The notes: a model not told the origin generated them from the letters alone. A stretch of 64,000 nucleotides of DNA from Salpingoeca rosetta (GCA_033442325.1 JAWQFM010000003.1:1-64000); one strand, 5' to 3'. Shown: positions 22,679-36,412, counted from the first letter of the stretch. Numbers and translations are program-made.

Positions 22679-23348
22679 GCACGCACGCACACACACACAC
22701 ACCTTTCTCGCGGGCATCACGTTGACGGGCGAGTTCAATTTGCTCGCGCTCAAGCTGCGCCTTGACAGCCTTGAGCTCGTGCTCGGCGTGCAGCTTCGCG
22801 GCGTGCATATCGATCTTCTCTGCCTCGAGTGCCATAATGCGGTGCTCCATTGCAGCCACCATTTCGTCGCGCGTTGTGGACAACGACGCGTTCGACAGGT
22901 TGAGTGCGCGTTGTGTAAAGCTGCTGTTTGCAGAATCAGCGGTGCCTCTGCCGGAGTGCCTTGCGGCAAGGTTGCCGCCGGTGGTGCTGCTGAGGTTGAG
23001 GGAGTCATCATGTGCCCTTGCGCTGCCAACGAGACTTCCTCCAGTGGTACCTTGAACGCTGGCCAAGTCATCATCCTCCTCCTCTTCCTCGTCATCGGCA
23101 TCGGCGGCGTCGTCCCGCACGTGCGATTCCAGGAAGCTGCCCGCCCTGCTCGCGGCAGCACTTGGACTCACGGCGCCCACTTGCCTGCTGCTCAGCCCAC
23201 CCCGAAATTGCTGCTGTTGCTGCTGTTGCTGCAACTGCTGTTGCTGTTGCTGTTCCACAAATGGCCTGGCTGGTGATTCCATGAGGAAGTGTTGCAGCCG
23301 TTCGCGCAAGGCACTCGACCTCCACGTCCTCGACGATGCTTGTGTGTA

Positions 23349-23380
<32 letters not shown>

Positions 23381-23558
23381 GCCTTGCAGCTGACGACAGG
23401 TGTGGCCGTCTACCGGACGCTCGCATGGGCCCACCGTGGTGGTGATGGTCCCCAGTGCCCGCGTTGCCAGCGCTGCCAGTACTGCCAGTGCCGCCCGCGG
23501 TGCCGCCTCGCCGCGACCGCGTCGTGTACGGCGCATCCCGCACCACGCCTCGCACCAT
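22205..23558 (-). CDS. MAD1L1: Spindle checkpoint protein MAD1; only the first exon (23558-22703) and last exon (22492-22205) are visible
   Basis: The last exon VFNNNVREFREACYELLGYQID...YRLHSMYAES..DYLLF...LQLLETQFS...SIPAFLSAITVDLFSKST is the MAD1 C-terminal domain. The first exon ends in the start of a coiled coil. Confidence 0.85.
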
Positions 23559-23931
23559 CGTCGCTGCTGCCGTTTTCGAGAGGTTGTTAAAATTGCCTTT
23601 GGATTTGGTCAGGTCAAAGGCAAATTTTGCCTTTCAAGAGAGGTTCACGCATTTCCTGGCTGGCAACCGCGCACCCACGCCAAAACAAAGCAGGACAACC
23701 CTGCCTCAGAGACCACACACGCCAGACCAAGCAACAAGGCTGCACCACTCCACGCGGCATCGAGGTTGAGACGCTGACGCAGGGGGCGGGGATCAAGGGC
23801 AGCTGCGCGTGTTGTGTGGCCCGTGTGCTAGTAGTAGTTGCTGCATCATCACGATCGCAAAGTGACAGCAGCAGCAGCACCACCACCACCAGCAGCAACA
23901 GCACCTACAACACAGCACCAGCAACAGCACC

Positions 23932-26222
23932 ATGGAGAGCAAGTATGAGAAGCAGCGAGTGCTGGGGCATGGGACGTTTGGGCGGGTGTGGCTGGTGAAA
24001 GGACGTCAGGATCACAAGCTGTACTGCATGAAGGAAATGGATGTGGCCGCTCCTGGCGCGGACACGGACGCCCGCACTGAGGCGCAGGTCCATGCCGGGT
24101 TGCGCCATCCTCACATTATCAGGTCAGCGTTGTGTTCGTTTATTGCACACGGCTCTGCGCATGTGGCAACTGCCAGGCGCCTACCGGGGATTTTTGATGT
24201 TGGGCCTTTTGCATTCAGATCCACGGTGGACACACAGCTTCGTCTCGCTGTTGCACTCTCGCACGTTTCTTCATTGTATTTGTGCTTGCAAGTCTTCATT
24301 GTGGCAGCAGCACACTGCTTTCATCCATTCATGACACCCTTTCATTGATACCCTTTTCCTTGCTCTTGTCGGTCGCAGCTACGAGGAAGTGTCTCGGAGA
24401 TTCAATTACGTGTATCTGGTGATGGAGTATGCTGCACAGGGCGATCTCGCCAGCCTTCTGACCACCCGCTCCCGCACGCGGCGGCCGCTGACGGAGGAGA
24501 ACGTGCTGGTGTGGACAAACCACATTCTGCAAGCCCTGGCGTACATGCACAGGCGCGGCATGGTGCATCGCGATGTCAAGTCTGCAAATATCTTCATCAT
24601 GGACTCTGGCATTGCCAAGCTGGGTGACATGGGCTGCTCCAAAGTGCTGGAGCAAAATGCCACCCGCATCGAACAGCGCACGTGCTCAACCCCTTGCGGT
24701 ACTCCCATGTATCAGGTACGCAATTTGTGCGTAGGGATATGTGTGGATGTGTTTGTGTGTGTGTGTGTGTGTATGTGTGTGTGTGTGTGGATGTGAGCGG
24801 ATGTGTGTGTATATGTATGTGCGTGTGTGCATGTATGTATGTGTGCGTGTGTATGTGTGTATGTGTGTGTGTGTGTGTGTGTATGTATGTGTGCGTGTGG
24901 ATGTGTGGATGCGTGCGTGCGTGAATGTGTGCGTGGATATATGTGGGAAACTGGTTTGGAATACGCGCGCCTGTCTGGTCATATGCTTTCTCATTGTTGA
25001 TATGCTCTTCTCTATTGGCTCATTTTTGTCACTCCTGCTCCTGCTCCAATCACCGTGTTCAGTCACCAGAGCAGTGTGATGGCACGCCATACACACAGAA
25101 AGTTGACATTTGGTGGGTGCATATCCTGCTTTGTGCATCTTGAACGCCAGCTCCCTTGCCACTGTAGTAGTCTGTCACGATCGTCATAGCACTTTACACC
25201 AAATCACCCATCTTCACCATGTGTGCACACGTGACGCATGCGCTCACGTACGTTTGCATGTTCTCTTTACACCACCTCTAAATCACCCTTCGTGCGCCTC
25301 TCCCCTCCTCCCTCCACACAGGGCACTGGGCTGTGTTGTGTACGAGATGTGTGCATTGCGGCCGACCTTTGATGCCCGCAATATCCACGAACTTGGGCGC
25401 AAGATCAAAGGTGCTGCGTACAACCGCAAGCTGCCCGCCGTCTACTCGCAGGTTTGATTGTGTATACCGACAAACGCGCGCGCACACACATGCGCACATA
25501 CATACACATGCACACACATGCACATGCACACAGTGGCACACATAGTGACACACATGCACATGCACATGCACACAGTGGCACACATAGTGACACACACACA
25601 TACGCACACACACACGCACGCGCACACACACACGCACACACACACACACACTCACTCACTCACCCACTCACTGCCGCCTTGGTTTACGCTGCAGGATGTT
25701 CGCTCACTGATTGACACGATGCTGACGATTGACGTGTACCGGCGGCCGGCCGCGCGCGACCTCGTTCGGCGGCCCTGCATCGCCAAGTACTCTGGCTGTC
25801 GCGCCGACGAGCACGGCGCCGCCGTCCCCTTCACCTTGGTGAGCCCTTGCGTACGCGTGTACTTGTGTGCCTTTGAACATTGAGCTGTGCTTTGGTCTAG
25901 CACTCCTCTCTGTGACATGCACACAAACACGCACACACACATATGCAAACACGAACGCACGCACACACGCATGTGCACACACACACACACACGCATGTAC
26001 ACGTACACACGCATGTACACGTACACACACACACACACACGCATGCACACATTTTACACGCCAGGGCGATGAGGTGAAGCGGCCGTCGTTCGAGGAAGAG
26101 GCGGTGCGATTGCCGCAGCGGCAGGTCGCATTTGGGCGCCGCAGTGCAGAGGAACCAGCCGGCGACCAGAGCCCGCACGGTGGCCACGCGTCTCGTGCAA
26201 ACAGCGGGAAGAGCAGCAGCAG

Positions 26223-26254
<32 letters not shown>

Positions 26255-26661
26255 ACACCACCACCGCCACCGCCACCGCCACTGCCAACAACAACAACAG
26301 CAGCGGCAGCGGCAGTAGTCGTAGCATTAAGGGAGGAGTTGGTGACGGAGAGACCACAAGCCAGCCCTCCTCACGCTCCCCAAGCGGCACGAGGCGACAA
26401 CCCTCGCTCTCACCACGCCGCCAACAACTTGAGCAGAGGAATGCAAACAGCGATGGTGGCAGTCACACCACAGCCACGGATGACACCACTGCCACGACAG
26501 GAGACGGCAGCTACACTTCTGGCAGGGATGGGCGTGCGGGCGTCGCTGCGTCTTCGCGACGACTGCGCGCTCCCCCGCCGTCCATGGTGGCCAGCGGTGC
26601 TCCGCTCGCGCCCGCGTATCCGCTCAACCGGCACGTCCGCCACCAGCACCCACAGCTCAAC

Positions 26662-26693
<32 letters not shown>

Positions 26694-27147
26694 TGGTGGT
26701 GGTGATGGCGGAGAGGCGGCAGTCCGACGGTACCACTCAACACCAATGCGGCTGCACCCATCTGCACGACCAGAGCGGAATGCGCACAGTGGCGACGCGC
26801 TGGGCCGCTCCCCGCTCAGCGCACACCAGCACCACCGCAGCCGCCACCACCGCGCAGCGAGCGACGTCAACGTGGCGCGGCACCCCTCGGCCCACGCGTC
26901 CGTGTATGCGTCGCCGTCGTCGCTATCACCGGTCGCCCGGTCGCCGGCACGCGGCCAAGGCACCCAGCAGCAGCAGCAGCAGCAGGAGGAGGAGGAGGAG
27001 GAGGAGGTTGGTAGGGGCATGAGCAGGCCCACATCCCTCCATCGCCGAGGGTCAGCGTCACTCTCTCGCGGAGGCATGCGTCACCTTGACCGGGCACGGA
27101 GCACGCCATACACGAGTGGAAGCCACCCGTCATCCCCACACCTCACC

Positions 27148-27183
<36 letters not shown>

Positions 27184-27612
27184 GTGCCGGGTGATGTGGC
27201 GACGGGGCGAGGGCGCTCTGCCTCGCGCTATTCGGCACAGCTTCCAGCCATTGGAACACACGAGCGTGCTGCTAGCGGCGGTGCCCCCACTCAACACTAC
27301 CACCACCACCACCACCACCAACACCAACAACAACAACAGCAACCGCAACAGCAGCAACCGCAACAGCAGCAGCATCAAGGCACTAGGCGAAGCGGCGCTG
27401 ATGGAGGCGTGTCGAGTCTGCGAAGCAAGATGATTGCGGCGGGGCTGTCACCGCAACAGCAGCAGCCGCAACAGCAGCCGCAGCAGCACCTTGGGGTACC
27501 ACGTGGTGGGAAGCAGCAATGGAATGTGCCGACGGGTGTGTCATTTCGCCCTCAGAACATACGGCGCCACAACCCATCGCTCTTTGGCATGAACAGACAT
27601 GCGCCTCGATGA
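23932..27612 (+). CDS. NIMA-related (NEK) Ser/Thr kinase with long low-complexity C-terminal tail; multi-exon
   Basis: GHGTFG, CMKE, MEYAAQGDL, HRDVKSANIF, KLGDMG, GTPMYQSPE, KVDIWALGCVVYEMCALRPTF. The GTP.Y.SPE and DIWALGC..YEMC motifs are NEK-typical. Confidence 0.9.
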
Positions 27613-28429
27613 GGCACATAGCAGTGCAGCGTGACGTCCGTGTCCTCGGTTGTTGTGATGTTGCGATGTGGTGATGTGGTGCGTGCTTGAACGGCGCTAC
27701 TTGGTGCTGGCCGGTGTTGATGCGCACGCGGTTGCGCTGATGCGTTTTCCACTGATGGCACTCGAGGTGGCGTTGAGGTGGACCCGAACACCTCGTCCTT
27801 ATTACAACTCCTTCTTCTCCATGACCCTTGTTGCCAGGTCATCCGTTAGCCGTCCTTGCCCTCTTCTTCTTGTCCTTTTTGTGCTCTTTCTTGTGCTCCT
27901 TCTTGTGCCCTTGTTCTTGTCGTTCTGCTTGCGTGCTGTTGTGTTGGACAGCTTCTCAGTGTACATAGCGTGTGTTCATAGTGGGAATTGAATTGTGTAC
28001 GTACACAGTTTGTTTCCCTTGCATTTCATTGCGTTTGTTGCGCGTTCGCCCAACTTGTCGTGCAGACGGCACACACGGCAAAGGGCAGTAAACAACCCTC
28101 TCCATAACCGCGCCTGGCGGTTGTCAGCGTACCAGTGTGGACAATGAATGAATGTGCTGTTTAATTGTGGGGAGACGATGATGCACATAGTGTGCAAAGC
28201 CAGTGGTTGCATCACCGACAGCAACAAGAACCAAGCACGACTGAAATGACATGACACAAGGACAGTGTCACTCGCAAAGGGCGCACAGTCACACTGCATG
28301 TAGAACAAGCAAACAGAACGTGTGTGCAAGAGACTCGCACATACACGCACACGAACAGACAGACACACGCACACACATACACAGGCAAGCTTCAATCACT
28401 GACTCACAACAAGGCCGGTGAGCCACACG

Positions 28430-28492
<63 letters not shown>

Positions 28493-28693
28493 GCACACAC
28501 ACACACACACACACACACAGGTTTCCACACTCAACTCCAAACAACCCAGCTCCCATGTTACATGGACACACGCATGCGCACAGTGTCCACAGTGTGCAGC
28601 AGATTGAAGGACAATGGAAAGAGCGGGGTGGCACCTAATTACAAATGGGCAAGTGTTGGTTGGTGGAGAGAAGGAAGCGGAGCACATCGGGGT

Positions 28694-28933
28694 TTACTGC
28701 GCACCGCGGAACTTGGCCACAAGCACTTGCTGCATCTCGATAAAGTTCTTGACGCAGTTTGAGATGCACGCCGCAGTACGGGAGTCGCCGCCTTCGGAGA
28801 TGGGCTTGGAACCAATCTTGTCCACGCACTTGTTCCAGCACTTGTCTGTCAGGTCCAAGGACACCTCAGCAAACTGGGCCTGCGACGCCTTCTGGCGCAC
28901 GACAGCCTGCAATTCAGGGTCAACCTTGTCCAT
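28694..28933 (-). CDS. TIMM8: Mitochondrial small Tim chaperone, Tim8-like (79 aa, intronless)
   Basis: MDKVDPELQ...LTDKCWNKC...CISNCVKNFIE: twin CX3C motif in a Tim8-like context. Confidence 0.85.
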   Translation of the reverse strand: MDKVDPELQAVVRQKASQAQFAEVSLDLTDKCWNKCVDKIGSKPISEGGDSRTAACISNCVKNFIEMQQVLVAKFRGAQ

Positions 28934-29040
28934 GGTGGTGGCTGCTTCGTCTCGTGGAGGGTGGGGAAGTCTGTGTGGCGTTGGTGTGTACCTGCGTGAG
29001 GGAGGGAGGGAGGGAGGGGGGGGGGAGCGAGCGCAAGGTA

Positions 29041-29095
<55 letters not shown>

Positions 29096-29185
29096 AGGAG
29101 AGAGAGCGGTGTGGGGAGAGTGAGCAAGTACATGTACAATACACCGACACACAGACACACACACACAGACACACAGACACACACA

Positions 29186-29255
<70 letters not shown>

Positions 29256-29396
29256 GACAGACAGACACACACACCTACCTGTCTGTTGCTGGCAATGGCT
29301 TGAAAGTGGCACATGCGAAAAAGAAAAAGACGAAGAAGAAAGAAGCGAAAGCGTCCGGAAAAGACACACAAGCACACCACACACAAGACAAGGGAG

Positions 29397-30138
29397 ATGC
29401 GTGGGTTGGTGCTGGCGAGGTTGAGGCTGGCAGGGCCAGTTGTGGGGACTGGGCGAGGGGCGCAGCAGCGCCAAGTGCAGTGGTTGCTGCGACAAGGCCG
29501 GCAAGTGCACGTTTGCGCGGCTGCGCTACGCGACATCGACGTGTCGGCGTTTGCAGAGTGGATCGGCAAGACAAAGGCCGTGTCGGCATCTGCCACCGTC
29601 AACCCACAGCACAAGTCCGCACGTCACCCCAGTCTAAGGAGAGGCGACCCAAAGGCAGGAAGCGCACCAACCGTTACACAACAGCAACAAGGACAGCAGC
29701 AGCGCTCACCGGCGGCGCAGCCTTTGGCGCCAGCATCTACGACACGCGGGCTCTTTGGACCTGCGGAGCTTGGAGTGGTCGGCAACAAGCCTGTGGTCAC
29801 CGCGTCGACCTCCGATCAAAGCATCAGCAAGCGCAAGCAGTTTCGCAGCATCTACGTGCCTCCAAGCATCCTTAATGCCCTTGACGCACTCGAGGTGTGT
29901 TGTGTTTGTTGTGTGCACGTGCGTGTGTTTGTTGTGTGCATGTGTGTGTGTGTTTGTTGTATGCGTGCGTGTGTGCATGTGTGTGCATGTGCGTATGTGT
30001 GTGTGTGTGTGTGCATGCATATGTATGTGTGTGTGTGTGTGTGGCCGCGTTGTGACCTCCTCTACTTGCAATTCTCACACACGCATACGCATGCATGCAT
30101 GCACACACAACAAACAACACACACACACACACAACCAC

Positions 30139-30173
<35 letters not shown>

Positions 30174-30837
30174 CCACGTGCAGATTGGCTGGAGGCGTGG
30201 ACGGAGACGGCCAGCGCTGGTGAAGCAGGACGTGAGTGTGTTGAGCTGATGCTGTGCGTAGGCATGTGGACGTGTGTACGCTTGCATGTACATGTGCGTG
30301 TTTGTTCGTGTGTATGTGTGCACATGTCCGCGCATGTGTGCATGTGTGAGCGATCTGCACACATTTGTGTCATTTGCTTGGCGTCAAGGACTGCTCCTGT
30401 GCTCATCGTGTGCTTCAACGTGTTTGCTTCTTGGTTTCGGGCGGCACACAGGACTGGCAGCATGTTCGCGAGGAAACACCTGTGTGGCGTCGCAAGCTTG
30501 CCTTCCTCGGTGCTGCCAAGCTCCCCCAGTCGTTCATACCAGCCCATGACGGCGTTAAGGAAGTGTGCTTCATCGGTACGTGGCAAAACCGGCTGGGTGG
30601 GGGCAGACAAGGGAGAGAGGAAAGTGGCAAGCGCACGCATGCACCCTCAACATGCCATTTCGCACTTCACACGCTGTCATGCCATGCCATGCTCACTGAT
30701 ATGTGCACTACCACTACTCCCTTCTTCTGCTACACATGAAGGCCGGTCAAATGTGGGCAAGTCGTCCGTGATTAACGCCCTGGGCCGCTCAAATCCAGCC
30801 CGCACAGAGGACAAGCCAGGCGTCACCAAGGTGCATA

Positions 30838-30880
<43 letters not shown>

Positions 30881-31250
30881 GTGTGCGTGGGTGTGTGTGT
30901 GTGCGTGTGTGTGCGTGGGTGTGGGTGTGTGTGCGTGGGTGTGGGTGTGCGTGGGTGTGTGTGTGGATGTAGGCACAAGCGGGAGAGTACTGTGTTGCCC
31001 TACCTAAGTCGTCTCTTTGTCCCCGGTGTCTCTGTTTGTTCTGTTGGCTCCCCTTGCTTTATTGGCGCCTTGGCTGACACGCGTGCCCGGTTCCTGGTGC
31101 TGGCCACGCAGACAGTCAACTTCTACGCGCTGGAGAAGTCGAGTGTGAATGTGGTTGATCTCCCAGGCTACGGGTTTGCATTCGCAAAGACGGACAATCA
31201 AAACGAGTGGCAGCAGACAGTGAGTGTGTGTGTGTGTGTGTGCGCGCGCA

Positions 31251-31281
<31 letters not shown>

Positions 31282-31901
31282 AAGTGTGTGTGTGTGTGCG
31301 AGTGTGTGTGCGAGTGTGTGTGTGTGTGGTTTCATCGTCACTTCCACCTTCGCTTCCTTCGTTTTCGTGTTGTTTCGCTGCCCATGCCGACTGTCGCCAA
31401 CACGCCCCTCATGTTGCGTCCTGCGTGTGGTTGCGCAGGTGGAGGACTATCTATCGCAGCGGGCGAATCTGCGCCGAATTTTCGTGCTTCTTGACGCGCG
31501 TCACGGTCTCAAGCGCATCGATATCGACTTTCTCCACCGCCTGCAGGCGACGACAGCTGTTCCGTTCCAGCTCGTCTTGACAAAGTGCGACCTCGTCCCC
31601 ATGGATGACATTGGGCGCCGCCTCATCCTCCTCCAACAGGTACACGAGTGTGTGTGTGTGTGTGTGTGTGTGTGCATGTGTGTGTGCATGTGTGTGTGTG
31701 TAGCGAAAACCGTGTCACAACACAGTCTCATCGTGGTGCACATTGCATGTGTGCATATCTCGCTCCCTTGCAGACCCTCGTGGAGCTTCCTGGCGCCATC
31801 AAGGACGTGTGTAGTGGCAATGTTGGCCAATCCCTGCGAGAATATCGAGCACACATTGCGCGCGCACACACGTGTACACGCACACGTGTACACACACTCG
31901 T

Positions 31902-31953
<52 letters not shown>

Positions 31954-32459
31954 GTGTACACACACACACACACACACACACACGCACGCACACGTGTGCA
32001 CACGCGCGCGACCATGCACTCATACGCACATACACACACACACACATACACACGCAGGTCATAACTGTGTCTGCGACAAGCGGTGCGGGCATGCGCGTGC
32101 TGCGGCGTGAAGTCATGGCAGCCACCAGCCTCAGGAGTGGACGAGTAACGGGTGCCAAGACTGCTTCAAGCACCAAAGACAGCAGCAGCAGCAGAGGCAG
32201 TGGCGGTGACAACCACCGGCGACAGGACGCAGCACATGCCGGCAAGCCCATGGGTTCTCCAACCATCACGTCAGCGACAGCAATGCGAACCGAGGGTGAG
32301 GCATTCACCACGTACTTCCGGAGCGGCAATGGCGGCGGCGGCGGCGGCGGCAAGCGGGCGAAGCAGCCGCGCTCACCCTCAGGACTACTGCAGCAGGCAC
32401 AGCAGGCGGCACGCAGGGCACAAGGCAAGCGAGGAGCATCAAGGCCCGGCCGCAGATAG
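29397..32459 (+). CDS. GTPBP8: EngB/YihA/YsxC-family GTPase (GTPBP8-like), probably mitochondrial; multi-exon
   Basis: [19 protein letters not shown] (G1), KPGVTK (G2), DLPGYG (G3), [12 protein letters not shown] (G4), VSA (G5). The Arg-rich, acid-free N-terminus resembles a mitochondrial presequence. Confidence 0.88.
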
Positions 32460-32909
32460 CCAGCGTGCAACAGCGTGGAGAGATTGTGTGTGTGCGTGTG
32501 CGTGTGTGCGTGTGCGTGTGTGCGTGTGCGTGGATGTGCGTGTGTGCGTGTGTGTGTGCGTGTGGATGTGCGTGTGTGGCGAGGTGTGAACGAAAGCACG
32601 GCATAACAATGCAACAACAAGTCCTGCAAGCAAGAATGAACAACACAAGCAGCAAAAGAAGGCACAAAAGGCGATCGTGCACGTTGACTTTTTCGCGTGT
32701 CGTCTTATCAAAACACCACCACCGCCAACGTGCCACTTGCAGCAGCAGCACACACCCTGCCACCCCTGCTGCGCCACTGTGCTCGTCGCTGCGTGCCAGT
32801 GTCAGTTGTGACCTCCGCCGCCCTCTCCTTCCGTGCGCTTTTCTTTCGTGCCCTTTGCCGCCTCTCTGTTGCTGCGCACCCTTGCCGATCCCCGCCCCTG
32901 CAAAGGCAA

Positions 32910-33639
32910 ATGAGTGAGTCTGACACGAAGCGTGCCAACACCATGGACCAGCCCACGATCGGCACCCACGATGGCAGCTTCCACTGCGACGAGGCTTTGG
33001 CCTGCTTCCTCCTCCGCCTGCTGCCAACCTACAAGGACTGCGCCATCATCCGCACCCGCAACCAAGAGAAGCTGGACACGTGCACCGTGGTTGTGGACGT
33101 CGGCGGCAAGTTCGATCCCACCAAGCTGCGCTTCGATCACCACCAAAGGTATCCATCCTAGCCAGGGGTGGTTGGCGCTGCCTTCTCATCCCTGCGCAAG
33201 TCGGGCCTTGCCCCACGCATGCACAAACACACACACACACACACACACACATGCATGCTGAAGTTTATGCGTGTATCTCATTGAGCGTTGTGGCACCCAC
33301 TGGTCCTCACGCACAACGTCAACGCACACATGCACACACATGCACACAAACATGCACCTGCACACAAACACACACTCACTCACTCACACACTCACTCACT
33401 CCCACACACACACATGCACACAAACATGCACACATATCCACACACATCCACGCACACACTCGCACACACACGCGTCAACACACATTCAACCCCCCCCCCT
33501 TTCTCTCTTTCTGTCTCATGCGCTGCACGTAGGGAGTTTGCTCACACCATGAACTCGCTGGACAACAACAAGCGCTGGACAACCAAGCTCAGCTCCGCTG
33601 GCCTCGTCTACTTCCACTTTGGTCGTGAGGTACAGCGAT

Positions 33640-33737
<98 letters not shown>

Positions 33738-34001
33738 TGCGCATGCCCCTTCACAGTTCCTTGTGCGCAGACAAGACGCCCACGTCCCCCCCCACCGTTT
33801 GACTTGCATACTCGTAGATCATCAAGGAGGTGTGCAAGACGGACGATAGCACGACAGAGGTGCTGTTTGACCAGATGTACGACAACTTTGTTGAGGAGAT
33901 TGACGCTGTCGACAATGGCATCAGCCCGCACGAGGGCCAGCCCAAGTACGCATTGCCAACACACTTGCCCTTACCCTTCTGCACACGCCCTTGCGCCACT
34001 T

Positions 34002-34032
<31 letters not shown>

Positions 34033-34451
34033 CTTGCGCTTTGACGTCCACCCCTGTACGATGCCTTTCTCTGCACCCTTGTCTTACCTTATGTGTGTGA
34101 TCTTGGAAATGCACACAGGTACCGTGTTGCCTCGACTGTGGGCAACCGCGTGGCCCGCCTCAACCCGCCATGGACCGAGAAGAACCCGGACTTTGACGTG
34201 AGCCGACGGCTTGTTCCGACCTCAAGCTCCTGCTTGTGCCGCTGCCTTGCATGATGCATATTCTCTGAACACACTTACCTCTGGCTCCTTGCCGCTGATA
34301 CTCACGTGCAAACTCATTCACATACACTCACACTGGAATATATTTGCACGCGTGCTGTTTGTGCGCAGGCCCAGTTCAAGAAGGCAATGAACCTGGTTGG
34401 ACAGGAGTTCCTCGAGGTGCGGATGTCTTTGGCCTCTCCATAAGCCCCTCG

Positions 34452-34535
<84 letters not shown>

Positions 34536-35584
34536 CACACGTACGCACACACGCACGCACGTACACATCCCTCTCACCACGCACATGCACACGCACACAC
34601 ACACACACGCTCGCACGTGAATAGGTTCTCAACCACTACAATGACGTCTGGCTGCCTGCACGCAAGCACGTTGTCAACGCCCTCTCGACGCGCAAAGAGG
34701 TGTGTGCCTCCTCCCATTCCGTCACCTCCTCCGCTCTTCGTTTTGGTTCGCCTCTGGCTCGTCGACTCGCCCACTTTTCCCGTCCTACCATGTTCGCGCG
34801 CTTGCCTCATGTCATCACCATCACCGCCGCCGCCACGGCAACATGTGCAGGTTGACAAGAGCGGAGAGATCATTGTGTTTGAGCAGGCGTGCCCGTGGAA
34901 GGCGCACCTCTTTGCCCTGGAGGAGGAGGCTGACGAAAGTACGCGTGACGATGGTGGTAACAGTGGTGGTAACAGTGGTGATCATGAGCACTCGCGTGTG
35001 CCTAATGTAGGCACGTCTCGTGCATACATATGCCCGGTCTCTCCACAAACCTGCATGCTCTTTGTCTCCTTTGACTTACTACCACACTACATCACACCAT
35101 ATCGTATGATATCACCCACGCCTCACGTGCTGCTGTTGCCGCAACCTCCGCGCCCTCTGTCTCGCTGTGCGCAGAGATCAACATCAAGTACGCCCTCTTC
35201 ACGGACACGCACGGCAAGTGGCGCGTGATGGCTGTGCCCGTGTCCCCCAGCTCCTTCACCAGCCGCAAGGCGCTGCCCGAGGTCTGGCGCGGTCTCCGCG
35301 ACCAAGAGCTCTCGGACAAGGCAGGCATCCCAGGCTGCATCTTCGTCCACGCCTCCGGCTTCATTGGCGGCAACAACACAAAGGTTGTGTGTGTGTGTGT
35401 TTGTGTGTGTTTGTGTGTGTTTGTATTCTCGTCTGCCTGTTTGCCGTTTCGTGCGTGCGTGTCATCTACTCGTTTATGTTTGTTCTGCTATTTTTTCGTT
35501 CCTGTTTGTGTGCTCACGCTGCTGTGCCACATCCTATGGCAGGAGGGTGCCCTGGCCATGGCGCGCGCCAGCCTCAAGATGTAA
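32910..35584 (+). CDS. MYG1: MYG1 exonuclease (UPF0160, DHH family); multi-exon
   Basis: [91 protein letters not shown]. Confidence 0.95.
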
Positions 35585-35868
35585 ACTCCACGCTGGCTCT
35601 CCCTCCACGCCTGCGCACATGCATGTCATCTGGTGTTTGTTCGGTCGTGTTTCTTTGGGTGGTGTCTATTCATTGCTGGGGGCTTTACTCTTCCTCTGTC
35701 GGTGTGATACCCATTCCATTGCACTGCACAAAGCGAAGCGCACACAAGAAACAACAATACACAACCCCCAACACCTGAGCAATGAGCGAGCACGGTTGGC
35801 GAACAAGTCGCGTCGCCAAACAGGCCCACCTCCAAACTGAGGATAAATAAGCGCGGGCACACGCCCAC

Positions 35869-36233
35869 CTAGGACGAGTCCTGTGCACGGGCGGTGCGCT
35901 GCGGCGTTGTGTTGAGACACGTGAGGATGGTGGAGATGGTGGAGCCGACAAACCGGTGACTGCGCCCATAGAGCTGCTGCAGACGCACAAGGGCCTCCGT
36001 CACACCGGCGCCGCTGAACACGTCCCCAGCCTTGGATCTGTGCACACGTACACGCATGAAGGGCGGTGTGGTGTGCGATTGGTGGGGTGGGGGCGGTGAA
36101 CATCATCGGTGGAGGAGGGAATGAAGCAACGAAGGGGAAATGGCAGCAGTGGCAACAGCGGAAGCAAAGAGCACAGTCAGTGTTCCCGCAAACGATTACA
36201 TTCACTGAAAGCACATACACACATGCACCCACA

Positions 36234-36265
<32 letters not shown>

Positions 36266-36354
36266 CCCACACGCACACACCCACACGCACACACGCACAC
36301 ACGCACACACGCACACACGCACACACACGCACACACACGCACACACACGCACAC

Positions 36355-36412
<58 letters not shown>

